DNA from: an uncultured Dehalococcoidia bacterium
Lineage (GTDB): Bacteria; Chloroflexota; Dehalococcoidia; Lucifugimonadales; UBA3495
NCBI GenBank assembly: GCA_950072105.1
Contig: CATMOE010000092.1
Coordinates: 1-10,607 of the forward strand
Direction of reading: 5' to 3'
Length of the DNA stretch: 10,607 nucleotides
Below, one piece after another: positions 1 through 7,415 of the stretch (its first letter is position 1; each line of letters starts with the position of its first letter). The notes beneath the pieces were generated by a model. It saw only the letters and a list, made by a program, of their open reading frames with translations, did not search any database and had not been told where the DNA came from. The position numbers were made by a program, and so were the translations under genes.

Positions 1-1
1 C

Positions 2-1129
2 CACGAAGCAGGGCGTCTCCTTTCCCGCTACGGCGGGATTCTTGGGGCCGCGGACCGTGACTATGAAGGGGCTCAACAGGCGCTGGGGCGGGCGATCGCC
101 ATCGCCAGGAGAGAGGAGGATGTGCCGCTGGAGATTCAGGCCTTAACCTATGCGGCCGATGTGAGCGGGCAACACCTCCACTGGCAAGAAAGCGTGGACA
201 ATGGGCTGCGGGCCATCGAACTGGCCGCGAGCATTGAAACTCCCCAGTCTGAGCTCCATTCCCGTTATTGGACGTCGATAAGTCTGCTTCACATGGGTGA
301 TCTGAACGCCGCCCGCCCCCACACGACCGTCATGCGAGACCTGGCTCAGAGTCGAAGGACGCCCAGAGAGCTTGCCGGCATCGGCTTTGCGCCGATCACA
401 ACCCTGTCGTGCCTTGAAGGCGACTGGAAAGCAGGCCGTGAATACAGCGACCAGGGCCTGGAGGTTTCACCCTTAAATCCGATACTCCTATCACCCCGAG
501 TTCTGTTGGAGCATCAAACGGGGGAGTCCGGGCAAGGCGAAATCTACCTGGAGCGGCTCCTGGAGACGATGCGCCTGGCCGGTCCAGATCAATCCCAGGC
601 GTCCGTCAGGGCGTCCATGGCCATCGCCGCGATAGCCCGAATCACCGGTGTCTCCTACCGATTGGAGATAGCCGAGGCAGCCGCCGAGGCAGTGCTCTCA
701 AACCAATCTGTCGCACCCCTTAACGTCATGTACGCCAGAGCCGGGTTGGCATTTCTTGCCGTGCAGAAAGGCGATCAGCCCGCGATAGAGGAGCAGTATA
801 GCTATTTTTCGAGCCATCAAGGCACGATGATATGGACGTTTGCGTCGGTAGACCGGCTGCTGGGTATCCTTTCCTAAGCGATGGGTCACTTGGACCAGTC
901 TGCCGGGCACTTTCAGGACGCGCTGGCGTTCTGCCGCAAAGCCAAGTACCAGCCCGAACTGGCCTGGACTTGCTTCGACTACGCCGATTCTCTTCGTGAG
1001 CGTCGTGGCGAAGGCGACCGGGCTAAGGCCATCACGCTACTGGACGAGTCCCTGACCATCTCCAGTGACCTGAGCATGCGTCCTCTGATGGAGCGGGTGC
1101 TGTCCCGGTGAGAGATACTGAAGGCGTAA
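2..1129 (+). pseudogene. 3' part (TPR-like helical region and conserved tail) of a kinase/AAA ATPase/TPR STAND-like gene, interrupted by in-frame TAA (875-877) and TGA (1109-1111); 5' end lies outside the window
   Basis: The frame is open from nt 2 (HEAGRLLSRYGGILG...AQQALGRAIAIARREED), matching HAAGRLLFRYGYVLG...AQKAVEAALAIAEREGD of the minus-strand paralogue. ORFs 122..877 and 881..1111 share this frame. Read through, it gives LLGILS*AMGHLDQSAGHF and MRPLMERVLSR*EILKA*, versus LLGLLAHTIGDLDQAAAHF and MRPLMERVLSRREILKA* in the paralogue. Confidence 0.85.
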
Positions 1130-1219
1130 GCCAACCTCGTGGTCCGAAAAGTACGGAAACAGCTGACCCATCCGTTCTACGTGTTACGATTGTCGAGATC
1201 ACACCAAAGTAGAGAGCAG

Positions 1220-3352
1220 ATGAACATGCAATCAACCATCATCGGTGCGCCGGTTCCTCAGATCGAGGGACCGGCAAAAGTCACGGGACGAACGCGCTAC
1301 GCCGCCGACGTGGATCTACCCGGAATGCTGTGGGGCAAGATTCTGCGCAGTCCCCATCCCCACGCGCGCATCCTTAGCATCGATGCCTCCGCAGCCTGGA
1401 GCGTCCCCGGCGTAAAGGCCGTGGTGACGGGACAGGACGCCCCCGGTCACTTGATGGGCAAGGTCCTTCGGGACATGCCCGTTCTTTGTTGGGATAAGGT
1501 TCGCTACATCGGCGACCGTGTGGCGGCGGTGGCCGCGGAGACCCTTGAAGCCGCCGAAGAAGCGATATTATTGATTGAGGTCGACTACGAGTTGCTGCCG
1601 GCGGTCTTCGACCCCATGGAGGCCATGAAACCGGATGCTCCCCTCATCCATGACGATATCGCGTCCTACCACGGCGCGCCTCTTGACGTTCTCGCAACGG
1701 ACGTGCACAACGGCCAAACCCGCCTCGCCTGGGAAAAAGGCGATCTGGCCGAGGGGTTCCGCCAGGCCGATGTCGTCTTGGAACACTCCTTTTCCGTCCC
1801 CAGCCGTCACCAGGGCTACCTTGAGCCCTTCGCCAGCGTCATATACATCGACGATGACGGCCGAATCCAAGCCTGGAGTTCCAGCAAAGCCCCATTCCGG
1901 GCGCGATTGCAACTGGCTCAGGCGATGGGCTTGCAGGACGAGGATATCCGGGTGAACGTCGTCTCGGTGGGGGGAGACTTTGGCGGAAAGGGAGACACTC
2001 GCGACCTTCCCGTCGCCTACCTGCTGGCGAAGATGACCGAGCGTCCGGTGAAGATCGTGATGAGCTATTGGGAAGAACTCACCGCCAGCAATCCCACCCA
2101 TCCCACCTTCGTAACGATTCGCTCGGGAATGACCAGGGATGGGCATCTGACCGCCCGTGAAGTCCGAACGGTCCACGCCAGCGGAGCCTATGGAGCCATG
2201 AAGCCCCGGTCGTTTCTCTCCACATCCCATTACGTCGGCGGAGGATACCGGATACCCAATACGTCCTTCGAATTTCTGCAGGTGTGCACCAATACCACGC
2301 CTGGTGGATACTTCAGAGCGCCGGGGGCTCACCAATACACCTTCGCCCTGGAATGTCACACCGACCTGCTGGCCCAGGAATTGGGGATGGACCCGGCTGA
2401 GTTCCGGCGGATAAACCTCGTCGATCCGGGCGATGAGGACGCCGTGGGCCGGCCCTTGCGCGTGGCGGACGTCCGTCCAGTATTGGAAGCCGCCCTGGAA
2501 GCGAGCCGTTGGGGAGAGCCAAATGGTGGACCGGGCCGCGGCAAGGGAGTCGCCATCTTCGGCCGTCAGATAGGCGGCGGCGCAGCGGGGGCCGTATTGA
2601 CCGCCGAGGCCGACGGCGCATTCACCGTCCTCAGTCCCACGGTGGACGTCGGCACGGGTACTCACACCATCGAGCAGCAGATGGTCGCCAACGAGATGGG
2701 GGTGCCGCTGTCCCAGGTGCGCGTGAGCCAGGGCGACACCGACAGCACGCCATTCGACGAAGGCCCCCGGGCCAGCAGAGTTACCTACACCGAAGGTCAA
2801 GCGGTGATGAAGGCCTGTGAGCAGATGCGGCAGGCGATCCAAGACGGAGCCAACCTCCCCCTGACGATCACCGTCGAGCACGATGCCCCGCAGCCGGAAG
2901 ATGTCATGTACTTCAGCGCTCAGGTAGCCGAGGTGGAAGTGGACCGGGAAACCGGTCAGGTAAAAGTGATCCGAGTGGTCACCGCCCATGACGTGGGCAC
3001 CATCATCAACCCGCTGGCGCATCAGGGACAGATCGACGGCGGATTCGTAACGGGTCTCGGCCTGGCAGTGACTGAGGAGTTAGTGACCGAGGATGGTCAG
3101 GTCCTTAACGGCAGTCTAGGAGATTATAAGCTGCCCACGATGTCGGACATCCCGCCCCTGGAGACGGTTCTGGTGCATACCGGCGGCGGAGAGGGACCGT
3201 ATCAAGCGAAGGCCATCGGAGAATTGGCTAACAATGCCACGGCAGCCGCCATCGCCAACGCAGTCGCCGATGCTGCAGGTGTCCACTTGTTCGAACTACC
3301 CATCACGGCGGAGAAAGTTTACGCGGCACTGGTTTCAAGCCGCGACAACTGA
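1220..3352 (+). CDS. Xanthine dehydrogenase/aldehyde oxidase family molybdopterin-binding (large) subunit
   Basis: Family motifs: KVTGRTRYAAD, LRSPHPHARI, DKVRYIGDRVAAVAA, YLEP, VGGDFGGK, FRAPG, DVGTGTHT, AHDVGTIINP, GQIDGG, DYKLPT, AKAIGE (catalytic Glu). Start is probably ATG 1220 or 1226 after AGAGAG (1211-1216), not GTG 1139. Confidence 0.95.
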   Translation: MNMQSTIIGAPVPQIEGPAKVTGRTRYAADVDLPGMLWGKILRSPHPHARILSIDASAAWSVPGVKAVVTGQDAPGHLMGKVLRDMPVLCWDKVRYIGDRVAAVAAETLEAAEEAILLIEVDYELLPAVFDPMEAMKPDAPLIHDDIASYHGAPLDVLATDVHNGQTRLAWEKGDLAEGFRQADVVLEHSFSVPSRHQGYLEPFASVIYIDDDGRIQAWSSSKAPFRARLQLAQAMGLQDEDIRVNVVSVGGDFGGKGDTRDLPVAYLLAKMTERPVKIVMSYWEELTASNPTHPTFVTIRSGMTRDGHLTAREVRTVHASGAYGAMKPRSFLSTSHYVGGGYRIPNTSFEFLQVCTNTTPGGYFRAPGAHQYTFALECHTDLLAQELGMDPAEFRRINLVDPGDEDAVGRPLRVADVRPVLEAALEASRWGEPNGGPGRGKGVAIFGRQIGGGAAGAVLTAEADGAFTVLSPTVDVGTGTHTIEQQMVANEMGVPLSQVRVSQGDTDSTPFDEGPRASRVTYTEGQAVMKACEQMRQAIQDGANLPLTITVEHDAPQPEDVMYFSAQVAEVEVDRETGQVKVIRVVTAHDVGTIINPLAHQGQIDGGFVTGLGLAVTEELVTEDGQVLNGSLGDYKLPTMSDIPPLETVLVHTGGGEGPYQAKAIGELANNATAAAIANAVADAAGVHLFELPITAEKVYAALVSSRDN

Positions 3353-3389
3353 AATATTCGGATATAAAACAACAGGAGAGAGGTTTCGT

Positions 3390-3722
3390 ATGAGCATATA
3401 CCGTGTCTACCCCACAGATGATGGGGAAAGTCATATCGAAGAAGTCGATCTGGCCAATTATCCCGAGTTGAAAGCATTGATGCATGTCGCCCAGGTTGGA
3501 ATACACGAGTTTCCCGAACTGCGATTGATGGATTTCCATCCGCTGACCGAGCGAAGGCTAATCATCCATTTGCGGGGTGAGGTGGAGTTAGAGTTGAGCG
3601 ACGGGAGCAAACAGATATTCGGCCCCGGAGACGCCCGCCTCATGGAAGACATCCACGGCAAGGGACACCACCATCGAGATCTGAGCCCGGTGATACAAGC
3701 CGTGGTGGTGCTCGAAGACTGA
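3390..3722 (+). CDS. Small cupin-fold protein (110 aa)
   Basis: ATG at 3390 preceded by AGGAGAGAGG. Motifs DDGESH, FHP, LRGEVELELSDG, FGPGD..LMED..GKGH fit small cupin-barrel proteins. The ORF-track start at 3234 overlaps the upstream gene and is unlikely. Confidence 0.8.
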   Translation: MSIYRVYPTDDGESHIEEVDLANYPELKALMHVAQVGIHEFPELRLMDFHPLTERRLIIHLRGEVELELSDGSKQIFGPGDARLMEDIHGKGHHHRDLSPVIQAVVVLED

Positions 3723-3732
3723 ACTTAGTGGG

Positions 3733-4749
3733 CTAAACGTCGATCGAATAAACCCGCTTGGCGGTATCGTGGAACATAGCGGCTCGTTCCGAGGCTGAGT
3801 ATCCTTGGGACAGCCGCTTGAAGGCGTTAAAAATGACGTTGTACGAGTAGGATATCTTGTCCACCGGGAAGTTGCTCTCGAACATGCAACGGTCCGCGCC
3901 GAACTGTTCGATGCAGTGATTCATGAGGGGCGCCAGCGTACCGGCCAGCTCCTCCGACCCGACTGGGACATCTCGACCCGCCCAATCGTACCCGTACCGC
4001 GCCTGTCCCACGCCGCCCAGCTTCATGATTATGTTGGGACATTTGGCTGCGGTTGCCACTCCCCTGCGCCACTCGGCGAGCACCTCGTCATCCCGGTTGG
4101 CGTAAGGACCCACCCGTAGCAGCCCGCCGACATGGTTCAGCACAATGGTTAGATCCGGCACGGCGTTGGCGAAATCGGCCAACTCATCCAATTGGGGGAA
4201 GTACAGGGAGTTTTCCAGCACTAACCCCATCTGGGCCATGACTCTGGCGCCGGCGCGGTAACCGTCGGAGCCCAGGACGCCCCGTATCTCCCGGTCCACC
4301 ACGTCGGGGCTGGAGTCCCAACCCACCGAGTGGCGGACGCCTCGAAAACGGTTGGGGCTGGCGGCCTGGAGCGCTTCGAGGACCGGCCGCACTCCCTCGC
4401 CCATCTTCAAGTCGGCCTTGCCGATGATTGCGGCGGCGGCCCGGCCCGGTCCGTGGGCGCCACTGGCGCTTTCATCGGCGATCTTCTGAACAAACTCCAC
4501 CTCGCCCACCGGCCGCATCTCCTCGGGACCGTCCGTCCGGTATTCGGCCCTGACTTCGATAAACACCGTGGAGCGGACGTTGTGGCCGCTGTTGATGTCC
4601 GCCGCCAACTCCGGCAACAGGTATTCCTGGTACGCCAGCGGCTCGGGCCGGTGCGTCCACAGGTGGTGGTGCGGGTCGCAGATGGGCAACTCCGGCTCCA
4701 AAGTGGCTTCCTGAGTCTGCGCCAGCCAGGCGGCGTCTCCTATGGGCAT
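3733..4749 (-). CDS. Amidohydrolase family protein (Amidohydro_2 / lactonase-like TIM barrel)
   Basis: ICDPHHHLW metal-binding motif, RFRGVRH, IVLNHVG, PNIIMKLGG, FGADRCMFESNFPVDK and C-terminal FHDTAKRVY. GGAGG RBS lies upstream of ATG 4749. Confidence 0.93.
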   Translation of the reverse strand: MPIGDAAWLAQTQEATLEPELPICDPHHHLWTHRPEPLAYQEYLLPELAADINSGHNVRSTVFIEVRAEYRTDGPEEMRPVGEVEFVQKIADESASGAHGPGRAAAAIIGKADLKMGEGVRPVLEALQAASPNRFRGVRHSVGWDSSPDVVDREIRGVLGSDGYRAGARVMAQMGLVLENSLYFPQLDELADFANAVPDLTIVLNHVGGLLRVGPYANRDDEVLAEWRRGVATAAKCPNIIMKLGGVGQARYGYDWAGRDVPVGSEELAGTLAPLMNHCIEQFGADRCMFESNFPVDKISYSYNVIFNAFKRLSQGYSASERAAMFHDTAKRVYSIDV

Positions 4750-4878
4750 GGTTGATCCTCCGTTGTGATGGTCCTCGGTCAGGCGAGGCGGCGGGGAATT
4801 TATAGTCTACAGGCGTTTTTCTGTGCGCTTCTTACTTCAATTTGACACAGCATCTAGTTAATTGTGACCGATAAAAAT

Positions 4879-4959
4879 CACCCCCATCCTAACCTCCCCC
4901 CGTAAAGGGGGAAGGGATTTGTCCTCGATCCCTTTACGGGGGAGAGTTAGAGAGGGGTG
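4879..4959. repeat. Inverted doublet of REP-like palindromic units (REPIN/BIME-like), intergenic
   Basis: Unit 1 (4879-4917) is CACCCCCATCCTAACCTCCCCCCGTAAAGGGGGAAGGGA. The reverse complement of 4921-4959 is CACCCCTCTCTAACTCTCCCCCGTAAAGGGATCGAGGAC. Both share CACCCC..CTAAC..CCCCCGTAAAGGG, and unit 1 has an internal CCCCC/GGGGG hairpin. Confidence 0.8.
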
Positions 4960-4997
4960 CAGGTTGATTCATCAAAATTATCTAGTAACAGTACTAA

Positions 4998-6722
4998 CTA
5001 AACGTCTTCCACCGCCACCGTAGCTATCCCATAAGTACCGTAGAAGAAGTGGGCGTAGTGGGTTGAACCGCCGGTGACGAAGAGCAGGTATTGCTCCGGG
5101 CTTTCCAACGCGGGGATGGTCGCCTTGGGGTCTTCCTCCAGGTGTTGAAGCTCGGGATGGTTCAGCCACTTGCCGTCGGCGTCCTTGGGAACTCCTCGGG
5201 CGCCGATGGCGTCTTGTACGGAAATACGGCACTTTTCGTGGAGCCAGGCTTGGGCGTCCTGCTTGCTCATCCCGGCCTCGGCCATGATGACGGCGCGAGA
5301 CGGGCTGAGGATGATGGGATGGTAGGGGCCCTGATAGGGCACTCTCTTGTTGGTGTGGCCGACCTGGGCGGACTGCCAACCCCTAATCCAGCCTCCGGCG
5401 CCGGCGTTCTTGTAGAACATCATCGAGGCGATGTTATTCAGGGTGTCCTCATGGGACCGGGAAGTGGAATCGATGACCGTCGTCGGACCGGTGACGGTGA
5501 CAACGGTGACCGCGCTCTCGTCTCGCTGGAACCCCATATCCATATGGTAGGGCTGCCAGGGACTGACCTCTTCGTTCTCGGCGATGCACATCCCGAACTT
5601 GGACGGCAGGCCGACGAAGTTGGGGTCTCCCGCCCCGGCGTTGCAGTAGCCGATATTGATCAGGCACAGCCGCAGCGCCCGGCCGATGGCCGTGTTCGCG
5701 CTGTTGATGACACCCGGGCCCATGGCCGTAGTCCCAAAGTTTAGACCAGCTTTCTTGGCGATGGGGCCGTTCACCAGGATTATGGGCGCTTCCGTGTGGC
5801 CGGAGACCTGCATGTCCCGGTGGTTCATCTCCGGTTTGGCCAGGCAGTCGATGGCGGCAAGGAGAACCGGGAATTGCTCCGGCCGGCAGCCTGCCATGAC
5901 GGCGTTGATGGCGATCTTCTCGACCGTCGCCAGCCCAAAGCCGGGCTCCATGACCAACACCACGTCCTGAGGGGCTCGTTTGGTCCCCTTGAGCATCTGC
6001 TCGACGGCGGCCGGAGTGGGCGGCATTACCGGGATGCCGTCGCTCCAGTCCCGTTCCGCTAAGAAACGGTTCACTGCGTCCAGACCCTCCGGTGTTTCGT
6101 CCATCTCCACGGTGAAGGTCTCGGTGGCTTGGCCACCGGCCCTGGCCTTCCGGACATTCCCTGACGTAGCGGGAATCGTGGTGAGACCACGGATGATGTC
6201 GTCGATCTGCTCGTCCACCATCTTGTTTATGAAGTCCGCCTGCTGACCGGTGGTGGCGTGGGGAATGGTGACGAAGGCGGTATTGGGCTGTCCCCATCCG
6301 TCAACGCAGGATTGCCAAGCTCTAGCAAAGCTTCGGGCGGCGATGGCTACGGCGGGAACGCCTGCCTTCTCGACGGCAACCATGTCGTGGGCAAGCCACG
6401 ACGTGCAGCCCCCTCAATGAGCGGTTGCGCCGACCATGGCGTCGATCTCCTTGGCGATCAGCGCCCCTTCCTCATCATCGATATGATTCCCCCGGCTTAG
6501 GGCGGGACGGCCGGACCTGAGGTCGCCGCCGTACCTCTCGAACTTGACGTTGGGGAAGCGCTCGCTGATGCGCATGGCCACCCGTTCAACGGCGATATCC
6601 GCGCCGCCGGTCATGTTGTTGTACAGGCCGATGGTCTTGCCCTCAAGGCTGGCCAGGCGAGGGGCTGGCGGGACCTTGAAATCGACTCTGTCCGCCGCCG
6701 GGGACATGATCTGCAACTTCAT
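4998..6722 (-). CDS. Probable selenoprotein, 574 aa with Sec103: UGSC-family-like N-terminal domain (UGGC motif) fused to a large conserved domain of unknown function
   Basis: ORF 6414..6722 (AGGAG RBS) ends in TGA at 6416-6414, in frame with ATG 6383 (33 nt apart, no other stop). Read-through gives GATAH-U-GGCTSWLAHDMVAVEKAGVPAV. A hairpin follows the UGA, and ATG 6383 has no RBS. C-terminal motifs include WSDGIPVMPPT, TVEKIAINAVMAGC, ANTAIGRALRL and AENEEVSPW. Confidence 0.88.
6375..6413 (-). promoter_or_regulatory. Putative bacterial SECIS element immediately 3' of the in-frame UGA
   Basis: mRNA reads UGA-GGG-GGCUG-CAC-GUCGUGG-CUUGC-CCACGAC-AUG-GUUGCC. GUCGUGG/CCACGAC (6402-6396 / 6390-6384) is a perfect 7-bp stem, extendable by CA/UG and GGC/GCC. 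The apical loop begins 17-18 nt after the UGA. Confidence 0.7.
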
Positions 6723-6738
6723 CCTGTTTCTCCTATCG

Positions 6739-7170
6739 CTACCAGGTTAGGTTGGGGACTCTTTCCTGTAAAACCTCGCCGAACAGCGTCAACACCTGGT
6801 CTATCCTGAGAACAACTATGGCCACTTCTATATCCGGCGGTGGCATCCCGGACTCGGCCAACCGCCCCATCACTTCGTCATAAATCGGACCATCTCGATG
6901 TACGGTTGCGGTGCAGCGAAACTTCCACCCCACTTCCTGTCCCGAGTCACGGAACAGGACAACTACCTTGGGATCCGTTTCGATGTGATCCAAGGGCCGG
7001 CGGCCGCTGCGATCGCGGTACGCCAGCGACGCATCGTCGTACGCCAACACGGTGCCGATGAATCCGGCGTTGGGAGTGCCATCGGGCGAGGCCGTAGCGA
7101 CGATGCATGGATTCCCGCTGGCTCGGGCGCCGTTGACGAGTTCGCGCATTTCATCAGTCAAATGAATCAT
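6739..7170 (-). CDS. Pyridoxamine 5'-phosphate oxidase-like split-barrel flavin/deazaflavin-binding protein
   Basis: 143 aa with CIVATASPDGTPN, DHIETDPKVVVLF and WKFRCTATVH, the typical beta-strand pattern of PNPOx-like proteins. Its stop is 16 nt before the selenoprotein start. Confidence 0.82.
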   Translation of the reverse strand: MIHLTDEMRELVNGARASGNPCIVATASPDGTPNAGFIGTVLAYDDASLAYRDRSGRRPLDHIETDPKVVVLFRDSGQEVGWKFRCTATVHRDGPIYDEVMGRLAESGMPPPDIEVAIVVLRIDQVLTLFGEVLQERVPNLTW

Positions 7171-7213
7171 CGTTTCAACCTTGTTTCCATATCAGACGGG
7201 TGTCTCGAACCGG

Positions 7214-7408
7214 CTATGGGAGATTCAACGGCTCCCATTTGTCGTCGTCCGGTTCGTAGTAATACAGTTCATTGGTGCCGGGCTTGGTGGCTACCAGCGT
7301 GTGGACTATCCGGGACTCTTCATCGTAACTAAATATGTAGGGCTTCTCCCATTCCTCACGCGGCAATGAGTCGAGGATACTCTGCAACTGCTGTTTTGTT
7401 GGATTCAT
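7214..7408 (-). CDS. Small hypothetical protein (64 aa, acidic and aromatic)
   Basis: ATG-started ORF that fills the gap between two same-strand genes without overlap. Composition is protein-like, unlike the Arg/Pro/Gly-rich shadow ORFs. RBS is weak and I recognise no family. Confidence 0.55.
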   Translation of the reverse strand: MNPTKQQLQSILDSLPREEWEKPYIFSYDEESRIVHTLVATKPGTNELYYYEPDDDKWEPLNLP

Positions 7409-7415
7409 ACTATTA

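Noticed and set aside
1109..1111. In-frame TGA in the left paralogue as a second selenocysteine
   Set aside because: It aligns to Arg in the paralogue, has no Cys or redox context, and lies downstream of a TAA in the same frame.
1568..3022. 484-aa antisense ORF
   Set aside because: It lies wholly opposite the Mo-subunit gene in codon register and has no recognisable motifs; this is a typical shadow of GC-rich coding DNA.
1220..3352. Calling the Mo subunit coxL (CO dehydrogenase) or a selenium-dependent hydroxylase
   Set aside because: It lacks the AYxCSFR motif and coxM/coxS neighbours. Proximity to a selenoprotein gene is not evidence of a labile Se cofactor.
4790..4880. Sigma70-like promoter elements (TTGACA at 4842 on +; TTGAAG and TAGACT/TATAAA on -)
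   Set aside because: Spacing between candidate -35 and -10 boxes is not canonical. A promoter in this AT-rich gap is likely but cannot be placed.
3733..5006. Amidohydrolase and selenoprotein genes both end GAC GTT TAG (D-V-stop)
   Set aside because: The match is only 9 nt with no further similarity; probably chance.
5091..6297. Overlapping ORFs 5091..5744 (+) and 5449..6297 (-), and similar short ORFs elsewhere
   Set aside because: They are antisense or alternate-frame shadows of well-supported genes, with biased composition and no motifs.
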